NCBI GenBank assembly: GCA_964629685.1 | Contig: CAZVTT010000001.1 | Span: forward strand, 176,627 to 240,626 | From: an uncultured Gammaproteobacteria bacterium | Lineage (GTDB): Bacteria > Patescibacteriota > Microgenomatia > UBA10105 > UBA927 | Direction of reading: 5' to 3' | DNA: 64,000 nucleotides | Shown here: piece after piece, positions 32,515-41,305 of the stretch | Position numbering within the stretch: the first letter of the stretch is position 1 | Layout: each line of letters begins with the position of its first letter | Translations under genes and position numbers: made by a program | Notes under the pieces: model-generated | What the model was told of the DNA's origin: nothing | Databases searched by the model: none | The model's input: only the letters and a program-made list of their open reading frames with translations

Positions 32515-33789
32515 ATGGTACGATTAAGCGGCCCACATCCGATTCGCAACATAGTAATTAGCAATACGGGAGCTCAAATTATCGGAAAAATTGCCGGGTC
32601 CGGAACTGCATTTCTTTCAAGTGTTATTCTTGCCAGAGAATTAGGTGCTTCAGGATATGGGGATTTTTCAAAAGTCGTTACCTACGTTTCCCTCTTTTAT
32701 TTAGCTGCAGACTTTGGCATGAACGCCATTTATCTACAAAAGGTTGCCGGGACACAAGACACACGAACTTGGCAGGAATTGCTTGGAGTCCGACTGACAT
32801 TGGCCGTAGGGTTAACACTGCTTGCTGTTGCGGGATTGCTGGTACTCCCTATAGGCATTGATCAGGGATACACGGCGGGTGTACGCATGGGCATTCTGGT
32901 TTTTGCACCAAGCATTCTCCTCCAGGCTATTATTACTACCGGTAACGGATTCTTTCAGAAAAACTTATGGTATATGGGATCGACCTGGGCATTAATTTTT
33001 GGTTCTGCAACTCCCCTGCTTCTACTTCTGGCAATTACCGGCACAACAAACACATTATCACCAATACCGGCGATTATTGTTTTTTTACTTGGTACAGCAG
33101 TTACGGCTTCTTTATCGCTTAGACTTATTCAAAATCACAAACAGCCGGTACGACCCGTATTTAGGCACAAAGCTTTTACGAATCTCCTTGTCCCCTCCAT
33201 TCCTCTGGGTTTGACATTGATCAGCAACTTAGTGTTTTTTCGAATTGATACCATTATTTTGACATTAACCCGACCTACAATCGAAGTTGGCATTTACAAC
33301 TTCGCATATAAAATATTTGAACTTCCCCTGGTGATTCCCACCTTTAGTATGAATGCTCTATACCCGCTTTTAGTAAAAGCCTTAAATGAGAACAATGATT
33401 CTTACCTCGCTCTTACCAAAAACGCCTTTGTTCCATTGTTGGTCATTTCTCTGGTTGTCGGTGCTGGCCTTTGGATTTTTGCCCCCCTTGTCTCATTAAT
33501 ACAGGCGGAGTTTGTAGCTGCCATTCCCATATTAAGAATATTTTCTTTGGGTATGCCCTTTTTCTTTTTATCCAGCATTACGATGTGGATGCTGGTTTCT
33601 ACCAGGAAATACTGGCACCTTTTTTCAATATATGGACTATCCATGATTGGGGTAATTTTGAGTAATGCATATTTCATTCCGCAATACGGGGCACTTGCGG
33701 CCGCATGGCTAACCATATTCTGGGAATTCGTAGTCTTCTGCGCCTCTGCTATAATACTCACCAGACGCACACCGGCGTCCAGGCAATAA
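32515..33789 (+). CDS. MOP-superfamily flippase (Wzx-like polysaccharide biosynthesis protein; MurJ-like cannot be excluded)
   Basis: 424 aa with about 12 transmembrane helices. The N-terminus NTGAQIIGKIAGSGTAFLSSVILARELGASGYGDF is typical of Wzx/MurJ N-termini. Confidence 0.6.
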   Translation: MVRLSGPHPIRNIVISNTGAQIIGKIAGSGTAFLSSVILARELGASGYGDFSKVVTYVSLFYLAADFGMNAIYLQKVAGTQDTRTWQELLGVRLTLAVGLTLLAVAGLLVLPIGIDQGYTAGVRMGILVFAPSILLQAIITTGNGFFQKNLWYMGSTWALIFGSATPLLLLLAITGTTNTLSPIPAIIVFLLGTAVTASLSLRLIQNHKQPVRPVFRHKAFTNLLVPSIPLGLTLISNLVFFRIDTIILTLTRPTIEVGIYNFAYKIFELPLVIPTFSMNALYPLLVKALNENNDSYLALTKNAFVPLLVISLVVGAGLWIFAPLVSLIQAEFVAAIPILRIFSLGMPFFFLSSITMWMLVSTRKYWHLFSIYGLSMIGVILSNAYFIPQYGALAAAWLTIFWEFVVFCASAIILTRRTPASRQ

Positions 33790-33810
33790 AGACCTGAACT
33801 AATCAAACCT

Positions 33811-34233
33811 ATGATACGTATACACACAGATGGTGGGGCCAGAGGAAATCCCGGTCCTGCTGCAATCGGAGCGCTAATAGAGTGGGGAACGGAAAACAAA
33901 ACAGAAATATCTGAATATATAGGAGAAACAACAAACAACACGGCAGAGTATACCGCACTTATTGCCGCCCTAAAAGAAATAGTAACGCTTCAGAAAACTA
34001 ATCAAATAAGGAGCGAGGAGGGGATAGTCTGCTATTTGGATTCACTTCTTGTAGTTCAACAGGTGAGGGGAGTCTATAAAATAAAACAACCCCATCTTCA
34101 AGCGCTTGCCTTAAATATTAAGGAACTCGAAAAAGAAATCCATCTTGCTATTACGTATCAGGCAATACCCAGAGAACAAAACCAGAGAGCAGACTTTCTG
34201 GTAAACAAGGCCTTAAACGCTCAACACTTCTAA
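33811..34233 (+). CDS. rnhA: ribonuclease HI
   Basis: MIRIHTDGGARGNPGPAAIGALIE...NNTAEYTALIAALKE...ADFLVNKAL. The DEDD catalytic residues are positioned as in RNase H. Confidence 0.85.
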   Translation: MIRIHTDGGARGNPGPAAIGALIEWGTENKTEISEYIGETTNNTAEYTALIAALKEIVTLQKTNQIRSEEGIVCYLDSLLVVQQVRGVYKIKQPHLQALALNIKELEKEIHLAITYQAIPREQNQRADFLVNKALNAQHF

Positions 34234-34285
34234 TCCTCATGTTAAGTTGAGGTGATAACCTTTATTTTCCTTAGGTAAAAATCCG

Positions 34286-36871
34286 TTGTTTTCGGTTCAA
34301 GTATTTGCAATAATACTGTCAGTTCACAACCTCATAAATATGACCACTGCCCACTCATTCGAAAACAATTTACACAACGAGACGGCTGTAATAGCGTTAA
34401 TTTTAGCTCAAGACGAGTCATACATCGTTCCTTTGCGGGAATATTTACACACACATGGCTGTGTCGTTGAAACGAAATTAAACTCACAAAAAAATATTCG
34501 TTACCAAATTGTAATAGGGGACTTGGAATACGTGAAACAATTTGCTCATGCGGAAATTCCGTTTGGCATACAGCGCCTTGTATTGATCTGGAATCTTCCA
34601 GGGGAATTAAAAGAAAGAGCGTCTTTACCTGTTTGCGGGAAAGTAATATTGGTGGATACTCACATGTTGACCACACGTGAGGTGACCAAAATATTCGCTT
34701 ATTTTTTTACCGGGAAAGAACAGTGGCTGGATTTGAGAAACCCCGGACTTAAACAGAAGCCGGTCACTCAGACCACTATTCCCAAAAAAATACCAACGGC
34801 AGGAGATAAACCGAAATCGATGCGGGAAGACGACCAGAAAAGAATTGCGCAAATTATTTCTGCTGTATACTCTCCCGAAAAGAAAACGTTTTTTTCAAGC
34901 ATCTCCTTTTCCAGAAGTACCCCCAGAAAAAAACTTGCGCTTATATTCTGCTTATTTTCCGTACTTCTGGCGGTACCCTTGTCATACATATTAAGTCTTT
35001 CCTTAACTGTGTTTTTATTACTCAGCAGTGTTACGGCACTGCAGCGGGGGAGTTACACACAGGCACAGGAGAATGCGAACTTAGCAGTATATTGGCAACG
35101 GAAAGCCAGCTCGAGCTTGTCATACCTGAGCAACCCCTTAAACGTTATCGGGTTATCTGGATTTATACATAACCAGGAGCGGGTAGTATCTTTTCTAGAT
35201 AAAGCTTCCTCCAGTGCCAAAAGTGGTCTCTATGTTTTAGAGGATGCCAGAAGCTTGGGAACCAGTACGCTTTCTGTTAATGAAAATGCTGAGGGGTCAC
35301 AACCCGCTGCGCAATTGGAACAAATCAGAAACGAAATCTCGTATTTACAGGGGATTTTGGGCTTGGCTCAGGCTGAACTTGAAGGGCTGGTAAACGACGG
35401 AATATTTCCATTCTCCTTTGGATATGTACGCAATGCTGCGGAAGCGCTGGAAAAACATTTTGTCCGAGCCAGAACCGCAAATGCCGTTGCCGCAGACGGC
35501 CTATCTATTTATCCGGAGCTTCTGGGATTCCGTGACGAAAAAAAGTACCTTATATTACTTCAAAACAGCGCTGAACTCCGACCAACCGGTGGATTTATTG
35601 GAAGTGTTGCCCTAATTTCCTTTTCCGGTGGTAAACTGAGAAACCTGGCAATACAAGATGTCTATGCCCTGGATGGTCAGCTGCGGGGACACGTAAGTCC
35701 ACCCATACCGATTCAAAACGCGTTGGGACAAGAACACTGGTATCTCAGAGACAGCAATTGGGATGCCGACTTTAGTAAGTCCGCTGATCGGGCAGCTTGG
35801 TTTTACGAAAAGGAAACCGGAATAAATGTTGATGGTGTCATAGGCATAAATATGCCTATGATCCAAAACTTGTTGACAGTAACGGGGCCTGTTCAACTAT
35901 CTGATTATAATGATGAAATTACGGCTGAAAATTTTTTTGAAAAAGCCGTCTACTACGTGCACAATGATTTCTTCCCCGGTTCGACACAAAAAAAGGATTT
36001 TCTGGGAGCCGTAACGACAGCTATATTAGCCAAAATCACTGACCCTAAAAGTACAAATCCCATAGATTTGCTAAAAACAGTAGACACCGCACTCACAAAT
36101 AAAAACCTACTGCTTTATTTTAAAAATGAAACAGCACAATCACTCATAGATCGCTTTCAGTGGTCCGGCAAGCTGCCGTTTTCTATTGGCTGTCAAACGA
36201 AGGGAGCAGCCGGGTGTATTGCTGATTTCGTTTATGTGGTTGATGCGAACTTCGGCGTAAATAAAGTTAACTATTTCATTAAGCGTGATGAGAATCATAC
36301 TGTCGCGTTTCAGCCGGATGGTAGTATCTCGGAAAAGCTAAGCATTGTATACACAAACACGGCTAAAACAGATAGCCCGGGTGGGGGAGTGTATCGAAAT
36401 TTTTCTCGTATTTATCTTCCTCCCGGTACAATTTTGTCGGACATAACCCTCGACGGAAATAGAATTCCCACCAACCCGGGAGGAATAGGCACCGTACCCT
36501 ATGTAGAGCCAAGTGCCGACCAGGAAGGTTTCTCCGGTATTTCCGTGGTTTTTGATACGCCTCCGGGGAGTAGCAGAGAAATTACTCTTCATTATATTCA
36601 CGAACAAACCCTATCCCATGAGGGCGCGATTCAATATGATCTAATTCACCAGAAACAACCGGGGTTATTTCATACAAGCACGAAAACATTGTTTACATAT
36701 CCTTCCGGCTGGACAATTACGGGTGAACGGATACGAACTGTTGTTTCTACCTTATCCGCAGGGGAACGACAGGACGATTTTGTTGCAAAATCGGGCCAGC
36801 TCGAGTACAATAGCAGTCTATTACAAGATACGTATCTTCGTCTAACGATACGTAAACAAGAGGAGCAATAA
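34286..36871 (+). CDS. DUF4012 domain-containing large protein (membrane-anchored, extracytoplasmic)
   Basis: 861 aa. A transmembrane helix lies near residue 210. The DUF4012 hallmark is LQNSAELRPTGGFIGSVALISFSGGKL. Confidence 0.65.
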   Translation: MFSVQVFAIILSVHNLINMTTAHSFENNLHNETAVIALILAQDESYIVPLREYLHTHGCVVETKLNSQKNIRYQIVIGDLEYVKQFAHAEIPFGIQRLVLIWNLPGELKERASLPVCGKVILVDTHMLTTREVTKIFAYFFTGKEQWLDLRNPGLKQKPVTQTTIPKKIPTAGDKPKSMREDDQKRIAQIISAVYSPEKKTFFSSISFSRSTPRKKLALIFCLFSVLLAVPLSYILSLSLTVFLLLSSVTALQRGSYTQAQENANLAVYWQRKASSSLSYLSNPLNVIGLSGFIHNQERVVSFLDKASSSAKSGLYVLEDARSLGTSTLSVNENAEGSQPAAQLEQIRNEISYLQGILGLAQAELEGLVNDGIFPFSFGYVRNAAEALEKHFVRARTANAVAADGLSIYPELLGFRDEKKYLILLQNSAELRPTGGFIGSVALISFSGGKLRNLAIQDVYALDGQLRGHVSPPIPIQNALGQEHWYLRDSNWDADFSKSADRAAWFYEKETGINVDGVIGINMPMIQNLLTVTGPVQLSDYNDEITAENFFEKAVYYVHNDFFPGSTQKKDFLGAVTTAILAKITDPKSTNPIDLLKTVDTALTNKNLLLYFKNETAQSLIDRFQWSGKLPFSIGCQTKGAAGCIADFVYVVDANFGVNKVNYFIKRDENHTVAFQPDGSISEKLSIVYTNTAKTDSPGGGVYRNFSRIYLPPGTILSDITLDGNRIPTNPGGIGTVPYVEPSADQEGFSGISVVFDTPPGSSREITLHYIHEQTLSHEGAIQYDLIHQKQPGLFHTSTKTLFTYPSGWTITGERIRTVVSTLSAGERQDDFVAKSGQLEYNSSLLQDTYLRLTIRKQEEQ

Positions 36872-36873
36872 CC

Positions 36874-37530
36874 ATGAGTACCACGAATTTACAGGCAGAA
36901 TTGCGAACGGCAACGGGCCACCAGGTCAAATCATTGCGTAAAGAGGGACGTATACCGGTCACGGTTTATGGGAAAAACGTGGAATCGGCGTCTTTAAGTG
37001 TTAACGCAGAAGCCTTTGAAACCACGTACGAAACAACCGGAGAGACAGGATTAATAGAACTCGTAATCGGAAAAGATCATAGACCGGTAATGATTCACCA
37101 TGTACAGAAACACCCATTAACAGGTGATATTCTTCATGTGGAATTTCACCAGGTTAACCTCAAAGAGAAAGTAACCGCGCCTGTTCCGGTAGAGCTTGTC
37201 GGTGAATCACCCGCAATTAAAGATAACCTTGGTACGCTCTTAACCTTGTTGGATGAAATCGAAATAGAAGCACTTCCGGCAGACCTACCAGACCATGTTG
37301 AAGTAGATATTTCCCATCTTACGGAGGTAAATCAGGAAATTACCGTTTCAGCAATTAAAGTTCCCGCGACCCTAAAAATTATAACAGAGGCTGATGTCGC
37401 TATTGTCCGCATCGCGGCGCCCGTTAAGGAAGAAGCAGTCCCGGCCGCTGTCCCAGCCGACACAACAGAAGGGGAAACCACTGCCGCTGCAGAAACCCCA
37501 GCTCCGGAGACTGAAAAAACAACAGAGTAA
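36874..37530 (+). CDS. rplY: 50S ribosomal protein L25/general stress protein Ctc, with an acidic Ala/Pro/Thr/Glu-rich C-terminal tail
   Basis: LQAELRTATGHQVKSLRKEGRIPVTVYGKN...HVQKHPLTGDILHVEFHQV. Confidence 0.8.
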   Translation: MSTTNLQAELRTATGHQVKSLRKEGRIPVTVYGKNVESASLSVNAEAFETTYETTGETGLIELVIGKDHRPVMIHHVQKHPLTGDILHVEFHQVNLKEKVTAPVPVELVGESPAIKDNLGTLLTLLDEIEIEALPADLPDHVEVDISHLTEVNQEITVSAIKVPATLKIITEADVAIVRIAAPVKEEAVPAAVPADTTEGETTAAAETPAPETEKTTE

Positions 37531-37561
37531 GCACTCCTCAGTCTTGACAACCGACTGCGTT

Positions 37562-37600
37562 GTTCATTAGGATGTGGATAAGTTTTCCACGTTATTTTCT
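37562..37600. promoter_or_regulatory. DnaA-box pair in the dnaA promoter region (candidate autoregulatory site)
   Basis: TGTGGATAA near 37575-37583 is the reverse complement of the consensus TTATCCACA. TTTTCCACG follows near 37584-37592. Coordinates are +/-2 nt. Confidence 0.5.
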
Positions 37601-37611
37601 CCTACCCGCTC

Positions 37612-39006
37612 GTGGAATATCCTGTGTTTATTATGGAAATAGAAAAACTGTGGAAATCGGTGCTGGCAGAAATAGAACTATCAGTTTCAAAGGCCACGTT
37701 CCAAACACACTTTGCTCAAACCCAACTCGTCACGTTAAAGGATAATGTTGCCACAATTGGGTTCACCAATCCGCTCATGAGGGCTTTGGTAGAAACCCGG
37801 TATTATTCTTTAGTAAAGAGTGTGCTGGATCATCATACGAAAGCAAATACGAGTCTTATTTTTATAATTGCCCCAAAAAAAGAGACGCTCTCTTCCAGAG
37901 AAACCGGTCCGCTTTTTAATCACATACCGGAAGCACCCTCTCTAAATATAACCAGTATTACAAAAAAACTACACCTCCGCGCAGAGTCCACATTTGATAC
38001 TTTTGCCGTCTCTACGAGCAACCAGATGGCGTATGCTGCCGCCACCGCAGTAGCCAAATCTCCCGGAAATGCATACAATCCGCTTTTCCTTTATGGTGGT
38101 GTCGGAGTCGGAAAAACACACCTCATGCATGCCGTGGCAAACACGCTGCTATCCCAAAAACCAAACACAAAAATTGTGTACTGTATGGGTGAAGAATTCT
38201 TAAATGAAATTGTTGAAGCCATTCAGACCAAAACAAGTCGCCAGTTTAAACAAAAATACCGCAGTGCCCAGCTGTTGCTGGTCGACGATGTGCAGTTTAT
38301 CGCGGGGAAACAAACGGCACAGGAAGAGTTTTTTCATACGTTTAATGCCGTACACAGAGAAGGGGGACAAATAATACTAACGAGTGACAGACCTCCTTCT
38401 GAAATTTCCAGATTAGAAGATCGTTTAAGGTCGCGATTTGAAGGGGGATTAACCGTCGATGTAGGCCCGCCGGACTTTGAGCTGCGAACCGCAATTATAA
38501 ATATTAAATCACAGGCATCGGGTATTCAAATTCCGCCTGATGCTGCTCAAATAATCGCCGCCAACGTTACGGACACAAGAGCAATTGAGGGATTCTTAAA
38601 ACGATTAACCTCTGAAGTTTCCACAAGGGGCGCTACCGTGTCGGGAGAGCTTGTGCTTTCACTGCTTGGTCACAAAGCAAAAGACACAACCATAATAGCC
38701 CCACAAAAAAACAGCAAGCGTATTGCCCCACAGGAGGTTCTCGAGGCTGTGGCTGATTACTTCGGTTTAAAAACCACACAATTAAAAAGTCCCAAAAGGG
38801 ACAGACCAATCGCTCGTCCAAGACAGGTGTTTATGTATTTGTGCAAAACTGAGCTCGGTTTAACCCTGGATGACATTGGTGGCCTGCTTGGAGGAAGAGA
38901 CCACACAACTGTTATGCATGGGGTAGAAATTATCACCAAGGAGTTATCCACTAATCATCAATTACGGGATGCGATTGTGGGTATAAAACAAAAGCTGTGG
39001 GTTTAA
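37612..39006 (+). CDS. dnaA: chromosomal replication initiator protein DnaA
   Basis: AAA+ Walker A LFLYGGVGVGKTHLMHAVAN. Walker B LLLVDDVQF. Sensor region ILTSDRPP. C-terminal DNA-binding helix-turn-helix LGGRDHTTVMHG. Confidence 0.9.
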   Translation: MEYPVFIMEIEKLWKSVLAEIELSVSKATFQTHFAQTQLVTLKDNVATIGFTNPLMRALVETRYYSLVKSVLDHHTKANTSLIFIIAPKKETLSSRETGPLFNHIPEAPSLNITSITKKLHLRAESTFDTFAVSTSNQMAYAAATAVAKSPGNAYNPLFLYGGVGVGKTHLMHAVANTLLSQKPNTKIVYCMGEEFLNEIVEAIQTKTSRQFKQKYRSAQLLLVDDVQFIAGKQTAQEEFFHTFNAVHREGGQIILTSDRPPSEISRLEDRLRSRFEGGLTVDVGPPDFELRTAIINIKSQASGIQIPPDAAQIIAANVTDTRAIEGFLKRLTSEVSTRGATVSGELVLSLLGHKAKDTTIIAPQKNSKRIAPQEVLEAVADYFGLKTTQLKSPKRDRPIARPRQVFMYLCKTELGLTLDDIGGLLGGRDHTTVMHGVEIITKELSTNHQLRDAIVGIKQKLWV

Positions 39007-39009
39007 TTT

Positions 39010-39150
39010 GCGGGTTTTCCACTTGTCCACAAAAATGTCTTATTTATCCACAAAGATATCCACACAAACACGCGGAGTTTCCAACATTGTTTTTGCTCGT
39101 TTTTTGTTGAGTTGACAGTAAAAATAAAAAAGCATACACTTTTCCACGCC
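39010..39150. promoter_or_regulatory. probable oriC: a cluster of DnaA boxes in the dnaA-dnaN intergenic region
   Basis: Five 9-mers matching TTATCCACA with no more than 2 mismatches. They are TTTTCCACT (~39015), TTGTCCACA (~39023), perfect TTATCCACA (~39044), ATATCCACA (~39056) and TTTTCCACG (~39140). An adjacent AT-rich stretch AAAAATAAAAAAGCAT follows. Coordinates are +/-2 nt. Confidence 0.6.
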
Positions 39151-39180
39151 CGTTTCTATTACTACTACTAATTACTCTAT

Positions 39181-40290
39181 ATGGAAATACAAATACTTCA
39201 AGAAAACCTTTTAAAGGGACTAACAAATCTTGTTAGGATAATTTCAACAAAGCCACAGCTTCCAATTCTTCAAAACCTGGTTATTTCTACGGAGCAGACA
39301 AGAGTTAAAATTGCTGCCACCAACATGGAAACGTCCGAAATCTGTTGGTTTGGAGCAAAAGTAAACAAAGAAGGAGGGCTGTGTGTACCAGCGCGGTTAT
39401 TTATTGATTTTGTGTCGTCCCTTTCTCCCGGAACAATAACACTAGAAAGCAAAGAGGGATCATTAAGAGTTTCCGGAGGAGGAGTTAATGCCCAGATTCC
39501 GGGAATAGACGTCTCTGAATTCCCTCCATTGGCTCAGTTTGTTCCTGAAGGAGCGATGGAGTTTGAAACAAAGGCATTTATAGAGGCTTTAAAGATGGTT
39601 CTTTTTTCAGCTGCGACAGATGAAGGAAGACCAATGTTAACGGGAATAAAAATGACACAAACGGAGGGACAGCTTGTTCTTGCTTCCACAGACGGTTATA
39701 GACTTTCACTAATGAAAATAACGGTAAATTCAACAGAAACATTCGATTTGGTGGTCCCGGCAAGAGCACTTACGGAAGTTGTAAAGATCGGACACGAAGC
39801 TAAAAATACCACAAAAACCTGCAAGATAGGAAAAACAGCAGATGGTCAGTTGGCGTTTATGTATGATGACCTGGAAATATTTACCAGACTTATAGAAGGG
39901 GAGTTTCCCAAGTATGAGAAAATTATTCCCGCTACACACACTACAATGGCAAGGATAGATACTGCATCACTGTTAAGAGCCGTTAAGTCGGCGTCTATCT
40001 TTGCCAGGGATAACGCAAACATTATTAAGATGGTTGTTTCCCCCGGGGGAATTGAAGTCTCAGCAAATACCCCACAGGTTGGGGAAAATAGAGTGGAGAT
40101 AGAGGCGGCTGTTGAGGGAGAAGGGGGAGAAATGGCATTTAACAGTCGCTTCCTTCAGGACTTTCTGACAAATTTTTCGGAAGAAGAGGTTGTTTTTCAG
40201 ATGACGGGCTCATTAAACCCGGGTGTTTTTAAACCCGTAGGCGAGAATTCATACCTGCATATCATCATGCCCGTCAGAATTCAGGGATGA
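39181..40290 (+). CDS. dnaN: DNA polymerase III beta sliding clamp
   Basis: 369 aa. MEIQILQENLLKGLTNLVRIISTKPQLPILQNLVI has the three-domain clamp organisation. It sits downstream of dnaA. Confidence 0.9.
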   Translation: MEIQILQENLLKGLTNLVRIISTKPQLPILQNLVISTEQTRVKIAATNMETSEICWFGAKVNKEGGLCVPARLFIDFVSSLSPGTITLESKEGSLRVSGGGVNAQIPGIDVSEFPPLAQFVPEGAMEFETKAFIEALKMVLFSAATDEGRPMLTGIKMTQTEGQLVLASTDGYRLSLMKITVNSTETFDLVVPARALTEVVKIGHEAKNTTKTCKIGKTADGQLAFMYDDLEIFTRLIEGEFPKYEKIIPATHTTMARIDTASLLRAVKSASIFARDNANIIKMVVSPGGIEVSANTPQVGENRVEIEAAVEGEGGEMAFNSRFLQDFLTNFSEEEVVFQMTGSLNPGVFKPVGENSYLHIIMPVRIQG

Positions 40291-40293
40291 CCC

Positions 40294-41301
40294 CTAAAAT
40301 TCAGGTATATCCGCACCGGAAACGAGATATGTCCCTGAGGCTCCCAGGTCTTTTCCTGACTGCGTTGTTCCCATAAACACAAAACAAGGAAGAAGTTGGT
40401 TGGTTTCCTTATTCCAAATATATCCCAGTTCGGTGGTGGCAACGGCAAAGTGTGAAAAGGAAACATCCGTGGTTGTTCCTTCTCTCGTATTTCTTTTTTC
40501 AACGTCTACCAAAACACCCTTGTTCTGTTCAAGCAGCTGAAGGGCATCCGACAAGGGCCGTATTTTGACAACAGCAGTCGATTTCTCTGGTTTTATAAGG
40601 TCGGCCATGAACATCTTTACACCGTCGGAAGAAACCAGCAGGGTTGTGCCCAAAGGATAACCCTCTTGGGCATACAGGGGTTTGCCATCTAGTAAATACG
40701 CAAAATCTACCCGAACCAGAGTGGGCTTAGTGGGGTCTGTTACGGGGGAAAAGACGAGCCCGTCGCTGTTTACGTATGTAGCTTGAAGTAGTTTTAGAGA
40801 GAGCTTGTCGTTTACAAAGCCAGACGATGTAATAAATGTCCGGGCGAGCGATTCCGCTGCCTGCGGAGATGGAATGTTCTTAGCATTGTTATCCGAGAAG
40901 GGGATGGTCATTTTAACGGATTGAGGGATTGCTACATAAGAAAGATGTTTTTCTCCGGAGCTCCACGAAAGCAACCCTTGTGCTTCCAGTGTCGTTTCCG
41001 GTTTGTTCGTAAAGCCGAGCTTCCCGGCAATTTCCAGAATTTGTGTCGTTGTATATTGTTGTGTAAGTGAATATGTCTGCACCTCGGAGGGAAATTCCCG
41101 AGGAGTTGTACCAATAGTAAATGTCTGTGAAGGGCTGTCGTTCTTTATGAGAGGGGAGGGGAGAATTTCAATATTCCGGGGAGCAGTCCCCAAATTATTG
41201 GGTTTAGCAGTGTTGCTTGTCGGCTGTATGCTCCGACGAACAATAACTGTTACACCAAGAGAAACAATAAACAGCGCAACGACAATAAGTATTTTTTTCA
41301 T
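40294..41301 (-). CDS. hypothetical membrane-anchored exported protein, the first gene of the T4SS-like block (a VirB8-like role is possible but unproven)
   Basis: 335 aa. The N-terminus has a single helix MKKILIVVALFIVSLGVTVIV, then a Thr/Ser-rich soluble domain. Confidence 0.45.
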   Translation of the reverse strand: MKKILIVVALFIVSLGVTVIVRRSIQPTSNTAKPNNLGTAPRNIEILPSPLIKNDSPSQTFTIGTTPREFPSEVQTYSLTQQYTTTQILEIAGKLGFTNKPETTLEAQGLLSWSSGEKHLSYVAIPQSVKMTIPFSDNNAKNIPSPQAAESLARTFITSSGFVNDKLSLKLLQATYVNSDGLVFSPVTDPTKPTLVRVDFAYLLDGKPLYAQEGYPLGTTLLVSSDGVKMFMADLIKPEKSTAVVKIRPLSDALQLLEQNKGVLVDVEKRNTREGTTTDVSFSHFAVATTELGYIWNKETNQLLPCFVFMGTTQSGKDLGASGTYLVSGADIPEF

Positions 41302-41305
41302 GTTT

